From: Dehalococcoidia bacterium
GTDB lineage: Bacteria; Chloroflexota; Dehalococcoidia; Lucifugimonadales; UBA3495
DNA length: 64,000 bases
Direction of reading: 5' to 3'
Assembly: GCA_965262595.1 (NCBI GenBank)
Contig: OZ253548.1
Span: forward strand, 1,634,228-1,698,227
Shown here: one piece after another, positions 1 to 9,663 of the stretch
How positions within the stretch are numbered: the first letter of the stretch is position 1
Layout: each line of letters opens with the position of its first letter
Notes under the pieces: generated by a model
The model's database searches: none
Told to the model about the DNA's origin: nothing
What the model saw: only the letters and a program-made list of their open reading frames with translations
Position numbers and translations under genes: made by a program

Positions 1-1002
1 GCCTTTATTGAGGGCGGCGCCCAGGATGAAGTAACGGTGAAGCGGAATCGTTCCGCCCTGGAGTCCATTACTCTCCGGCCCCGGTTCCTCCAGGACATTG
101 AGCATCGCGACCTGTCCACCACCGTACTCGGCGAGAAAATCAGCTTTCCCGTGATGGTGGCGCCGGCGGGCGGGCACCAAATGGCCCATCCCGACGGTGA
201 GTTGGCTACCGCCCGAGGGGCCGGCGCCGCCGAAACCCTGATGGTGCTTGCCACCGGCTCCCACTACAGTATGGAGGATGTGGCCCAGGCCGCCAGCGGG
301 CCCCTGTGGTTTCAACTTTATCACCGGAACCATGAAATCACCGAGATGCTGGTGAAGCGGGCGGAGCAGGCGGGCTACAAGGCCATCGCCGTCACCGTGG
401 ATACCCCCATCAACAGCCCCATTGAACGAAGCATTCGTCACGGCTCCGAGCGCCCAAGGGGCTTTAACCCGGCCAATTTTGTGGGAGAAGAGGCCGGATT
501 GGGTTTGGTGGCCGATACCCTGGAGGCCCTCTATTACCAGGCGCCGCCAACCATTCCTTTGACCTGGGGTGAACTGGGCTGGCTGCGCTCTCAAACCTCC
601 CTGCCGATTGTGTTGAAGGGCATACGCACTGCCGAAGATGCCTACCAGGCGGTTGAACACGGAGTTGAAGGGGTGTGGGTGTCCAACCACGGGGCACGGC
701 AACTGGACGGCACTCTGTCCACGATCGAGATGCTGCCGGAAATAGTAGAGGCAGTCAAAGACCGCGCCGAAATCTACCTGGACTCCGGTATCCGCCGGGG
801 CAGCGACGTAATTAAAGCGCTGTCGCTGGGAGCGCGGGCCGTACTGGTGGGCCGTCCTCTGTTCTGGGGCCTGGCCTGGAACGGCGCCGAAGGGGTGCGG
901 CTGATGCTGGAGATCCTGCGCCACGAGGTGGACCTGGTCTTGGGCCACTGCGGCCATAACTCGGTAGGCACCCTGGACCCCAGCGTGGTAAACGTACCCT
1001 AG
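1..1002 (+). CDS. FMN-dependent alpha-hydroxy-acid oxidase/dehydrogenase (lactate/glycolate oxidase family); 5' end lies outside the window
   Basis: Frame 1 is open from nt 1 (AFIEGGAQDEVTVKRN...), so the track ORF 37..1002 starts at an internal GTG. Family motifs are present: PLWFQLY, AIAVTVDTP, VSNHGARQLD, DSGIRRGSDVIKALSLGA. Confidence 0.85.
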   Translation, partial: AFIEGGAQDEVTVKRNRSALESITLRPRFLQDIEHRDLSTTVLGEKISFPVMVAPAGGHQMAHPDGELATARGAGAAETLMVLATGSHYSMEDVAQAASGPLWFQLYHRNHEITEMLVKRAEQAGYKAIAVTVDTPINSPIERSIRHGSERPRGFNPANFVGEEAGLGLVADTLEALYYQAPPTIPLTWGELGWLRSQTSLPIVLKGIRTAEDAYQAVEHGVEGVWVSNHGARQLDGTLSTIEMLPEIVEAVKDRAEIYLDSGIRRGSDVIKALSLGARAVLVGRPLFWGLAWNGAEGVRLMLEILRHEVDLVLGHCGHNSVGTLDPSVVNVP

Positions 1003-1084
1003 CGGCGGAAGTCAGGGCAAAAGACCGGATAGAGCAACGGACATTCGGGTGGCCGGGTGAATCCGGATTGATGCAGAATTAACA

Positions 1085-1122
1085 CCAAGGGGGGGCAGAC
1101 CTGAGTGTCTGCCCCCCCTTGG
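1085..1122. terminator. GC-rich hairpin between convergent genes (possible bidirectional terminator)
   Basis: Perfect 16-bp inverted repeat ccaagggggggcagac / gtctgcccccccttgg with a 6-nt loop, about 80 nt after the oxidase stop. There is no clean U-tract, so function is uncertain. Confidence 0.4.
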
Positions 1123-1206
1123 GGGATACTCTGAATAAGTCATTGAACTAATAAGTCATTGAACGCCAGCGCCTTCACTCAGGTCTCGGACTTGCTCAGT
1201 GCTTCC
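1123..1206. repeat. Short, degenerate copy of the MITE-like element found at 21501 and 63709
   Basis: Shares gatactctgaataagtcattgaacgccagcgccttcac with the other copies. The right end is degenerate (ggacttgctcagtgcttcc versus ggacttattcagaggttcc). The central hairpin is missing. Confidence 0.5.
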
Positions 1207-1265
1207 TTAGTATCGCCGCCGCTACGGGGAAACCCGGAGTCGTCTCGCTCCGGCCCAATCCACGG

Positions 1266-2195
1266 TCAGGGGCCGAAGTTACCGACCAGCGTGGCGTCAA
1301 ACTCTTCTTGGGTGAAGCTGTATTCCTGGGTGCCGAGGACCTGGATTGCGTAGTGAGAGCAGACGGTTCCCATCATTACGGCCCGCTCCAGCGGCAAGCC
1401 GGTAGCCAGTCCCTTGATTAAGCCGCCGCGAAAGGCATCACCGGCCCCGGTGGGATCTACCACGTTTTCAGTGGGAACCGCGGGAACCGGGATCGCTCCG
1501 ACCCGCGTAAGCGCTTCGGACCCCTGCCCCCCCTTGGTAGTCACGATGGTTGGGACCAGTTCCAGCAATTGCTCAATGGATTTGCCGGTTTTGTCCCTGA
1601 TCAACGCAAGTTCATAGTCGTTGGACACCAGCATATTGGACTGGGCGATACAGTGGGCCAAATCCTCCCCGGACCAGGCGGGCAGCGATTGGCCGGGGTC
1701 AAAGATGGAGTAGATGCCCAGCTTGCGGTGGTTCTCGGTGTATTCGGCCATATCCTGCAAATTGCCCGGCGCCACAATGGCGATGCAATCAGCGGGATTC
1801 ACCGGAGCAAAGTCAAAACCGGACTGGAGCTTCATCGCGCCGGGGTTGAAGCCGGTAATCTGGTTGTCGGCCTGGTCAGTAGTGATATAGGCGGAGGCGG
1901 TAGCCTCCTCCGGGACGATGCGGATGTCGCCGGTGGAAAGCCCGCAAGTTTCAAACCACTCGAAATACCGATGATAGTCGTGGCCGATGGCGGCCAGGAT
2001 GCGGGGCTTCTCCCCCAGCAGGGACAGAGAATAGGCGATATTGCCGGCGGTGCCGCCGAAGTTTTCTTTAAGTCCGTTGACCGTAAAGCTCACGTTTATC
2101 ATGTGGATTTTGTCAGGCATGATGTGGTCGGAGAAAAGCCCGGGAAAGTCCATAATACGGTCGTAAGCCAACGACCCGGAAACCAATACATCCAT
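1266..2195 (-). CDS. PfkB-family carbohydrate/nucleoside kinase
   Basis: Lies within ORF 1266..2354. Start placed at ATG 2195 (AAGGAA upstream; MDVLVSGSLAYDRI is a typical N-terminus). Ribokinase-family signature DPTGAGDAFRGGLIKG is present near the C-terminus. Confidence 0.8.
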   Translation of the reverse strand: MDVLVSGSLAYDRIMDFPGLFSDHIMPDKIHMINVSFTVNGLKENFGGTAGNIAYSLSLLGEKPRILAAIGHDYHRYFEWFETCGLSTGDIRIVPEEATASAYITTDQADNQITGFNPGAMKLQSGFDFAPVNPADCIAIVAPGNLQDMAEYTENHRKLGIYSIFDPGQSLPAWSGEDLAHCIAQSNMLVSNDYELALIRDKTGKSIEQLLELVPTIVTTKGGQGSEALTRVGAIPVPAVPTENVVDPTGAGDAFRGGLIKGLATGLPLERAVMMGTVCSHYAIQVLGTQEYSFTQEEFDATLVGNFGP

Positions 2196-2517
2196 CAGGT
2201 AAAGTTCCTTTTGTTCGATATTTGCCGGCTGGAAAACTTTGTCGCTTTGCCGGCATCGGGAATAATAGACCTCGCCGATTGAGCCGCCGGGGCTACGGGC
2301 CATAAAGTCGTCAATGCACGAGTAGGCGGGTTCCAGGGACGGGGCGGCGTACAACCGGCAGTACCTACTCTAGCGCAGCTAACAGTCGGGCGCAACGTTG
2401 CCCCTGCCGCTGCTTTGGCAAAAGCCCCGGCAGAAGATGCCCAATTAATGCCCGGGCGGAATTAACGGCCGGCCAGAAGGAAACCCCATGCCTGGTTCTT
2501 TTCCGGCGCGGAAAACG

Positions 2518-3234
2518 TCAACAGCCGTAAGCCCCGGACAAGCTTCCGCCAAACCTTACCGAATCTCCCACGTTTATCCCTAGCGATTCGAACTCCCCGG
2601 CGTTAATTTCCAGCACGTACTGGGCCGGAGCATTGGGAGAGAACCGGGGCAGGTCATTCCGGGATTGGCCGGGGAGGGGAATCGGAGCGTTAAGGGTAAC
2701 ATCGGCCACTTCACAGTTGCCGCCGATCCAGACCATATCCAGAGGAAAGCGCATATCCGGCATCCAAAAGGTTCGGTTGCCTTCCTGCTGGTAGATGAAC
2801 AGCATCCCCGTCCCGGCAGGCAGGAACTCCCGAGCGGACAAGCCTCGGGCCAACTGCTCTCCAGTTATTGCCAACTCCACCTGCCAGGTAGCCGCCCCGA
2901 CGGTTACCAAGGGCAGTTCCGGGTCCGGCGCAGCGGCCGGGGACGGGAGTTCCGTCGCGGTCGGCAATGCCGTAGCGGGGACAAGCTCTGTCGCGGTCGG
3001 CAATGCCGTAGCGGGGACAAGCTCTGTCGGCATTGGCAAGTCCGTTACGGGAGCAACCTCCGTCGGGGCCGGCAAGGTTGGCATTGGCGGAAGGGTAGCG
3101 GCTGACGGCAACTCCGTTGGGGCCGGCAACGGCGCGGACTGAGTCCATCCATCGCCGGTTGGGGTACAAGTCACCGACAGCGCCACCATAAACAGGCACA
3201 GCAAGAGGCCGGGAACGACGCCTAATTGACGCAT
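2518..3234 (-). CDS. Exported DUF192-domain protein with a Pro/Thr-rich repeat linker
   Basis: Start placed at ATG 3234 (MRQLGVVPGLLLCLFMVALSVTC, a signal/lipoprotein-like N-terminus); the longer track ORF would overlap the upstream gene. C-terminal DUF192 pattern: GMLFIY..FWMPDMRFPLDMVWI...YVLEINAG. Confidence 0.7.
   Translation of the reverse strand: MRQLGVVPGLLLCLFMVALSVTCTPTGDGWTQSAPLPAPTELPSAATLPPMPTLPAPTEVAPVTDLPMPTELVPATALPTATELVPATALPTATELPSPAAAPDPELPLVTVGAATWQVELAITGEQLARGLSAREFLPAGTGMLFIYQQEGNRTFWMPDMRFPLDMVWIGGNCEVADVTLNAPIPLPGQSRNDLPRFSPNAPAQYVLEINAGEFESLGINVGDSVRFGGSLSGAYGC
2954..3040. repeat. 36-bp tandem repeat (2 perfect units plus a partial one) inside the DUF192 gene
   Basis: gtcgcggtcggcaatgccgtagcggggacaagctct occurs at 2954-2989 and 2990-3025, followed by a partial third unit. 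It encodes the repeated TELVPATALPTA linker. Confidence 0.9.
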
Positions 3235-3337
3235 TTCTCTAATCCCCGGCAGCCTTGAAAGCCGGGGAGACCTGGCCGATTTCCCCACGGCGTCCCGGTT
3301 CTCGACGGTTTCGTCCGCGCACTGGAAGTTCCTCCGT

Positions 3338-4123
3338 TTACCCGATTTCAGACCGAATAGACTGGATCCGATCCCGCAAAGACCGCAGCAGCACCGCGGG
3401 CGGAGCCGGGGCAACGTGAGTATAGCCGACACCCAATTCGGTCAGGTCTTTAGGTCCCAAAGGCATGGCGGCATGGTTCATCGGGAACTGCATTTTGGCC
3501 TTGCCTATATTCCTGATTTTTCCCGCCAGTTCGGTGAGCTTGGCCCTTAGCTCCGGGCTGGAGGGGTCGCGAATGCCCATATATTCAGAGAAGTCGGTGG
3601 GGCCGATCGATACCAGGTCAATACCATCCAGAGCGGCGATGGCCTCAATGTCGTTAACGCCCTTCTCATCCTCGGTCATCACCGACAGGAGAATCTGCTC
3701 GTTAGACTGGCGGCAATGCTCATCCCAACCGATGGTGCCGAAACGGGCCGCCCGGGTGCCTGCGGCTCCGCCCCGGTGACCCAGGGGCGCATAGCGTACG
3801 GCGTCAACCGCTTTCCTGGCTCCTTCCAAACCGTCCACGTGGGGTACAATGATGCCCTCGGCGCCGGCGTCCAACAAACGCAGGATGAGCTTCTCATCAT
3901 TGTCCGGCACCCGCACAATAGAGGTCACGCCGGCCAGGTCGGCAGCCCGAATCATCTCACCAATCAGCCGCAGGTCGAAGTCGGTATGTTCCATGTCAAT
4001 AAAGGCGGCGTCATACCCGGCCAACCCGATAACCTCCACAATTTGGGGGTCGGCGAAGGTAACGTAGGTGCCCAGGGCCAGCTTACCCTCGCGCATCACC
4101 TTTTTAACCCGATTTTCTCGCAT
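3338..4123 (-). CDS. HpcH/HpaI-family aldolase (2-keto-3-deoxy-acid aldolase type)
   Basis: ATG 4123 is preceded by AAAGGAG. Overall pattern: KLALGTYV...DAAFIDMEHT...VRVP...LDAGAEGIIVPHV...YAPLGHRG. Confidence 0.85.
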   Translation of the reverse strand: MRENRVKKVMREGKLALGTYVTFADPQIVEVIGLAGYDAAFIDMEHTDFDLRLIGEMIRAADLAGVTSIVRVPDNDEKLILRLLDAGAEGIIVPHVDGLEGARKAVDAVRYAPLGHRGGAAGTRAARFGTIGWDEHCRQSNEQILLSVMTEDEKGVNDIEAIAALDGIDLVSIGPTDFSEYMGIRDPSSPELRAKLTELAGKIRNIGKAKMQFPMNHAAMPLGPKDLTELGVGYTHVAPAPPAVLLRSLRDRIQSIRSEIG

Positions 4124-4518
4124 TTGATACTCCTTTTGATTAGTACGCCGCCCAGCTTGATTAGCCTGCCGTCCGGCGGCGAGATATTCGACTCGCAGGA
4201 TAGTTGACGGCCAAGTTGCTCATTAGTGTCGGATAAAATCCAGGCCGGACTTACCGATAACGGCCAAGTCTAAGCCGATACCGGCCTATTATCCTACAAC
4301 CGGAAATCATTTGCACCTGTCAGGGAGCGACGGGCGGCCGCTTTACAACCCGCCGATGTTGCCTCAGCGCCGTTCCTTGTGGCGGTGCGGGTTTAGCGTA
4401 ACGGCGGCCCCCAATTTGCCTTACCCCGGCGGTTCCGCTAAAATCCATTCGCCATATAGGGCATTAGTCTGGCATCTACGGCAAGGTTTGAGAGTATGAC
4501 GGAAGGACGGGACGCATT

Positions 4519-5712
4519 ATGTTGAGTGGCGCGTTAGGCGGCGTCAAGGTGCTGGATTTGAGCGAAGACATCGCCGGCTCATTTTGCGCCCGCCTGTTGG
4601 CCGACTACGGAGCGGAAGTGCTGAAGCTGGAACCGCCCGGCGGGGCTGCCCTGCGCCGGATGGGGCCTTTCTTTCAGGACGACCCCCACCCGGAAAAGAG
4701 TCTTTTCTTTCTGGTTTTAAATCTTAACAAGAAAGGCGCTACCCTGAACTTGCAGACCGAAACCGGTCAGGCTCTATTAAAACGGTTGGTGCCCCACGTG
4801 GATGTTATCGTGGAGAGCTACCGGCCCGGCTACTTGGCCTCCCTGGGTTTGGGCCATCAAGATTTGCAGGCCCTCAACCCGGCCCTGACCATGACCTCGG
4901 TGACTCCCTTTGGGCAGGAGGGGCCGTACAGCCAATACCGCGGGGAAGAAATCGTAAATTACGCGATGGGTATGATAATGAGCATCAGCGGGGTACAGGG
5001 CCGGGAACCGCTGAAGCACGGCGGGTTTCAGGCGCAATACGAGGGGGGGTTATTTGCGGCGGCGGCCACTTCCATTGCCCTGTTTGCCCAGGAGTATAGC
5101 GGGGCCGGGGAGCACGTTGACGTTTCTATCACCGAGTGCGTGGCCTCTACGATGATGGCAACCCAGACTATTTACCCATTTATGGGCGGAACGCAGACCC
5201 GCCGGCGGGCCAGCGGCAGTATGTTCGGTAACCCGATGCCCTGCCAGGACGGCTGGATAATCGTCCAGACCGGCGGCGGCGCGTCGTGGGAAGACCTGGC
5301 CGAGTTCTTCCAGTGCCCGGAGATGCTGGAGGAGCGTTTTGCCAACCGGGCGCAGCGGGCCGAAAACGGCGAGGAGCTGGACCGGATTGTAGTTGACTCA
5401 ATCAGGGAGCGCGACAAATGGGAGCTTTTCCCCAAAGCCGCCGAAGCCCGAATGCTCTTCGGCCTGGTGCAGACTCCATCGGAACTGGCCCAGTGCCCTC
5501 AATTGGAATCCCGCGACTTTTATCGGGAGATCGAGCATCCGGTTATCGGGAAGATACGGGTGCCCGCCGAGCTGTTCAAACTGAGCGAAACCCCCTACCA
5601 ACTGACCAACCCGGCCCCCACCCTGGGCCAGCACAACCGGGAAATCTACGTTGACGGCCTGGAGTACGACACGCAGCAGTTTACGCAGTTGCGGCAGTTG
5701 GGGGTGATTTAA
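4519..5712 (+). CDS. Family III CoA-transferase (CaiB/BaiF type)
   Basis: N-terminal VKVLDLSEDIAGSFCARLLADYGAEVLKLEPPGG and the later ESYRPG motif are characteristic of the family. Confidence 0.85.
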   Translation: MLSGALGGVKVLDLSEDIAGSFCARLLADYGAEVLKLEPPGGAALRRMGPFFQDDPHPEKSLFFLVLNLNKKGATLNLQTETGQALLKRLVPHVDVIVESYRPGYLASLGLGHQDLQALNPALTMTSVTPFGQEGPYSQYRGEEIVNYAMGMIMSISGVQGREPLKHGGFQAQYEGGLFAAAATSIALFAQEYSGAGEHVDVSITECVASTMMATQTIYPFMGGTQTRRRASGSMFGNPMPCQDGWIIVQTGGGASWEDLAEFFQCPEMLEERFANRAQRAENGEELDRIVVDSIRERDKWELFPKAAEARMLFGLVQTPSELAQCPQLESRDFYREIEHPVIGKIRVPAELFKLSETPYQLTNPAPTLGQHNREIYVDGLEYDTQQFTQLRQLGVI

Positions 5713-5742
5713 CTTCCGCACTTTTTATATGGAGATGTGTTT

Positions 5743-6237
5743 ATGGAACGCGGGAACGATGCACCGGAAACGTCTGCCGACGCCCAGGACAGTAATTCCA
5801 GAAGGCCCGGTATTGGCGACCGGTTGCGTGAAACTGTCAGAGCCACAGGGGAAGGGATAACTGGCACTGCCGATACCATTACTGGGGTACAGTTCCGTAG
5901 GCAGTTTGAGGATTTTACGGATGCCGTTACTACGACGGTTGTTGGCGTACACCGGGACCAAGAGAAATTACAGGAAAGAACCGACAAGCTGGAATCAGAA
6001 ACTATCGAAGTCCAGCGAACCCAGGGGGAATTGCGGGAGAGGGTGGATAGGCTGGAATCAACCGAAAAATCCCTTGATACCGCTCCACTGGTAGCGAATT
6101 TGCAGGGGCGGCTGGAGATGTTGGAGACGTCAAAAACATCCGGTAAAACCGGCACATCGCCTCTGGTAATTGTCTTTGGTGTAGTAGCAACGCTGGCGTT
6201 GGCGCTGGGCATTATCGCCGTACTGAGAACATTCTGA
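5743..6237 (+). CDS. Hypothetical coiled-coil protein with a C-terminal transmembrane anchor
   Basis: The track ORF starts at GTG 5737. ATG 5743 has GGAGA 7 nt upstream. The middle is heptad-like and charged (EKLQERTDKLESETIEVQRTQGELRERVDRLES). A hydrophobic tail follows (PLVIVFGVVATLALALGIIAVL). The stop overlaps the next start (TGATG). Confidence 0.55.
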   Translation: MERGNDAPETSADAQDSNSRRPGIGDRLRETVRATGEGITGTADTITGVQFRRQFEDFTDAVTTTVVGVHRDQEKLQERTDKLESETIEVQRTQGELRERVDRLESTEKSLDTAPLVANLQGRLEMLETSKTSGKTGTSPLVIVFGVVATLALALGIIAVLRTF

Positions 6238-7277
6238 TGTCCTACGCAGAACTCAAAGCCCTGGCAGCAGCGTATCCGCCACAGCCAAGCGACGCCTTGT
6301 CGCAGTTAGCCGACGAATACCACCGCCGCCACGAGCGGGAGATACTGGACTTGGCCGCCATCGCTGCCGACGTGTCGGTAGATGACATTGCCAACCTGGG
6401 ACTTGAGCCGGAGGCCAACACTCAAATCCTGGAAGCGTTCAGCCTTCAATACCCCAATGTGAGTATTGATTCCATCGTAGGCGCGACGGGTGAGCAGCTC
6501 CGGGGTTGGACTAACGGGGTGAAGGGTAAGTACTTTGAAGTGTTGGTTGCCGAGAAGCTGAACGACGGGGAAAGCATTTGCGACATACAACTCGCGCCCG
6601 GTGAAGTAGCCAGAGTCGGCGAGATTGCCAATCAGCCGGGCTGGGACATACAAATCATTGGCAGAGACGGCGATATTGTCGAGCAGGTGCAGCTAAAGGC
6701 CACTGATTCAATGTCGTATGTCAAAAGCGCCCTGGAGAAATACCCGGACATTCGGATTGTCGCCCCCCAGGAACTTGAGGGCCGGGCTACCGATTTAGAC
6801 GATGTTATTTCCACTGACATAACCAACGAGAGCCTGGAAAATACGGTGGGTGAGCAGTTAAGTGAATTGAGCGAGGACGCGATTACGGACATTTTCCAGC
6901 AAAGCGCCGAAGCCGCGTTTGACGCCATTCCAGGCATATCCGCAGCCCTTATCGGGGTTACTGAGGCAGGGCAGGTGTTAATGGGACGTTCCACAGTTGA
7001 AGAATCGCTGAAACGGGGTGGGGCACGGCTGGGGCGCTCTTCGGTTTATACGGTCATTGGCGCCGGATTAACCGCCGTTGACGCCGGGATTATCTCAGTG
7101 CCGACGGTAATGGCCCTCCGGGTAGCTGAAGGACGGGTAAGGCACCGGGCGGCTATGGGCGACCACTTGGAGGAAAAGACGCAGGAAATTCTGCTCCAAC
7201 TTCAAGTCGCCCAAGACCATAGGGGCAGTCCTAACCCCGTCGCGGAAACACAACCCGCAGCCCAAGCCGTCCATTGA
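6237..7277 (+). CDS. Hypothetical protein with an Mrr-like (PD-(D/E)xK-type) nuclease-fold core and a hydrophobic C-terminal region
   Basis: The segment GKYFEVLVAEKL...QPGWDIQIIGRDGDIVEQVQLKATDS resembles the FE..L / D.GiD / vQvK pattern of Mrr-type restriction endonuclease catalytic domains. C-terminal Gly/Ala-rich hydrophobic stretch: VYTVIGAGLTAVDAGIISVPTVMAL. The functional call is tentative. Confidence 0.5.
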   Translation: MSYAELKALAAAYPPQPSDALSQLADEYHRRHEREILDLAAIAADVSVDDIANLGLEPEANTQILEAFSLQYPNVSIDSIVGATGEQLRGWTNGVKGKYFEVLVAEKLNDGESICDIQLAPGEVARVGEIANQPGWDIQIIGRDGDIVEQVQLKATDSMSYVKSALEKYPDIRIVAPQELEGRATDLDDVISTDITNESLENTVGEQLSELSEDAITDIFQQSAEAAFDAIPGISAALIGVTEAGQVLMGRSTVEESLKRGGARLGRSSVYTVIGAGLTAVDAGIISVPTVMALRVAEGRVRHRAAMGDHLEEKTQEILLQLQVAQDHRGSPNPVAETQPAAQAVH

Positions 7278-7317
7278 CAACAGCCGCTGGAATCATTGAC
7301 AATTCCGTTGCTCCAAA

Positions 7318-8271
7318 TTGGCCTATACCCGGAGCTGCAATACCGTGCAAGCACAGGTAGAAAATCCGTATCGCAAGGGGCCGCCGGACGCAGTCGGGCT
7401 GGCCGCGGCTCAGGCTGCCCAGGACGCCGCCCGCCCGGCGGTAGTAATCCTGTTTGGCTCCCGAGCCCGGGGCGACTGGCGGGAACATTCGGACATAGAC
7501 CTGCTGGTAATTACCGAGGAGGAGGATACCAGGGTCGCCCAGGGCGCCGCCCATTGGGGGATCCAAGTCTGGGAGGAGCAGCGCCACTCCGGTCTCCAAG
7601 TGGACATCATACCCATGACCCGCCGGCAGTTTGAGCGCTGCCGCCGGGCCAAGCAGCACATCGCCGGCCAGGCCGACACTTACGGGGTGGTTATGAGCGG
7701 GGAGGAACTGGAATACCGCAGCGGGTACGAAGACGGGTATCCCGACCACTGGCCGGCAACCATCAACCGCATTGAGAAAGCGGAGATTTGGCTCCGCAAC
7801 CACAACGAGATAGTTGACGCCAATCACTGGCACCAGGCTATGATAGGAATGGCCGCCCAGCAAGCCGTGGAAAACGCTCTGAAAGGCGTTCTGTCCTGTC
7901 TTAACGCGGCTACCGGCTACTCCCACAAGCTGCTGGAGAACTGGCAGGAATTACAGGACTTGGCCCAATTCCGACAACAAGCGCCGGAGGAACTGCTGAC
8001 TGCCGGGCAGGCCCTGTTCGAATACTTGAAATATCCGGACCCGCAGCGGCCGGGAGAATACTTGGACTGGCTCACCGAATACGCGGCCCACTACCGCTGC
8101 TTCCGGGCCTCCTCTGCTATGTCTCAAACCGGCCGACTGGAATTGCAAAGCCTGGTCAATTCTTTTGTGGAATCGCTGCTGGCCCACATCTACCGGCTTA
8201 GCGGCGCCACCCCCCAGGACGTTTACCCGGATGGACTGCGCCCCTGGGAACGCCACCAGCCGGAACCGTAA
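7318..8271 (+). CDS. Fused nucleotidyltransferase (MNT-type) plus HEPN-domain protein
   Basis: NTase motif ILFGSRARGDWREHSDIDLLVI. C-terminal HEPN-like helices AAQQAVENALKGVLSC...GYSHKLLENWQEL and FEYLKYPD (K where RYP is usual). The track start is TTG, so the true start is uncertain. Confidence 0.7.
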   Translation: MAYTRSCNTVQAQVENPYRKGPPDAVGLAAAQAAQDAARPAVVILFGSRARGDWREHSDIDLLVITEEEDTRVAQGAAHWGIQVWEEQRHSGLQVDIIPMTRRQFERCRRAKQHIAGQADTYGVVMSGEELEYRSGYEDGYPDHWPATINRIEKAEIWLRNHNEIVDANHWHQAMIGMAAQQAVENALKGVLSCLNAATGYSHKLLENWQELQDLAQFRQQAPEELLTAGQALFEYLKYPDPQRPGEYLDWLTEYAAHYRCFRASSAMSQTGRLELQSLVNSFVESLLAHIYRLSGATPQDVYPDGLRPWERHQPEP

Positions 8272-8307
8272 ATTCCTGACGCTGTAACGGAAAGGAGTAC
8301 CCCCACC

Positions 8308-9663
8308 ATGCCCAGGCTACCGTTGGAAGGCATCCGCATCCTGGATTCCACCTACGTTTTTGCCCTGCCCTACGCCGGGGGACACCTGGCCGACCTGGGG
8401 GCTGAGGTCATCAAGATTGAAGGGCCGGGCCGCCCGGACGTTACCCGCACCGGGGGTTATTCCGGTTCCTTTCCCGAAAACGAGGCCGGCGAGGGGTGGT
8501 GGAACCGTCCCTCCACCTACAATTTGCTAAACCGGGGCAAGCGTTCGATGGTTCTGGACATGGCCGACGAACGGGGCCGCGACCTGTTCCGCCAATTGGT
8601 AATGGTCAGCGACGTGGTAATGGAGAACTTTACGCCCCGAGTGATGCGGCGGTGGAACCTGGATTATCCCAACCTGCGTAAAATCAAGCCGGATATTATC
8701 CTGATATCCAATACCGGCTATGGCCACGGCGACGGCCCCTATTCCGGCTATCCGGCTCAGGCCACCACTCAGGAGGGCACCCACGGCCACTGCTGGGTTA
8801 CCGGCTACCCGGACGGCGGGCCGTCCAAGGCCGGCGCCTCTTTTGTGGACTTTCTCTCCACCTGGAGCGCGATATTTGCGCTGGGAGCGGCGTTGCGCTA
8901 CCGCAACCGCACCGGCAAGGGTCAGTGGATTGACATCGCCATGTATCAGGCCGGAGTGATGTTCCTGTCCGAATACGTGATGGACGCCATCGCCAACGGG
9001 AGGGAGGGTGGCCGCATCGGGAACCGGCATCCTTACCGCGCTCCCCAGGGCTGCTACCCGGCCCAGGGAAAAGACCAATGGATAACTCTATCCGTAGGGA
9101 GCGACGCCGAGTGGCAATCCCTGTGCGGCTTGATGGGCAAAGAGGAGCTGGCCCATGACTCCCGCTTTGCCGACGTGCTGTCCCGACAGCTTAATCACGA
9201 CGAGATTGACGAAATAATAAAGGAATGGACGGCGGCCTACGACAAGTACGACTTAATGCACCGGCTCCAGGGCGCCGGCATCCCCTCCGGCCCGGTGCTG
9301 ACCGGGCGGGACATCCACTTCGACCCCCATTATCAGAGCCGGGGCTTCCTGGAACGGGTACATTTTCCCAAGGAGCGGGGCATCGGCGACCGCCCGCTGA
9401 TGGGCCGTCCCTACAAGTTTTCCGGCACTCCCCTGGCAATTCGCGGCCCAGGGCCAACATTCGGCCAGGACAACCAGTCTCTGTTGCAAGACTTGCTGGG
9501 GTTGGATGATGCCACCTACCAGGGGCTGGTGCAGGACACCATAATTACCACCACGCCCAATAGCGGCGAGGCAGCGCCCCAAATGGAACCGCGCCAAGCA
9601 GTGGAAATGGGCCTCCTGGCCGATTGGGACCCGGACTACCGGGAGCGGCTGGGGCTGGGTTAG
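8308..9663 (+). CDS. Family III CoA-transferase (CaiB/BaiF type), paralogue of 4519..5712
   Basis: ATG is preceded by AAAGGAG. N-terminal IRILDSTYVFALPYAGGHLADLGAEVIKIEGPG, then ENFTPR. Confidence 0.85.
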   Translation: MPRLPLEGIRILDSTYVFALPYAGGHLADLGAEVIKIEGPGRPDVTRTGGYSGSFPENEAGEGWWNRPSTYNLLNRGKRSMVLDMADERGRDLFRQLVMVSDVVMENFTPRVMRRWNLDYPNLRKIKPDIILISNTGYGHGDGPYSGYPAQATTQEGTHGHCWVTGYPDGGPSKAGASFVDFLSTWSAIFALGAALRYRNRTGKGQWIDIAMYQAGVMFLSEYVMDAIANGREGGRIGNRHPYRAPQGCYPAQGKDQWITLSVGSDAEWQSLCGLMGKEELAHDSRFADVLSRQLNHDEIDEIIKEWTAAYDKYDLMHRLQGAGIPSGPVLTGRDIHFDPHYQSRGFLERVHFPKERGIGDRPLMGRPYKFSGTPLAIRGPGPTFGQDNQSLLQDLLGLDDATYQGLVQDTIITTTPNSGEAAPQMEPRQAVEMGLLADWDPDYRERLGLG

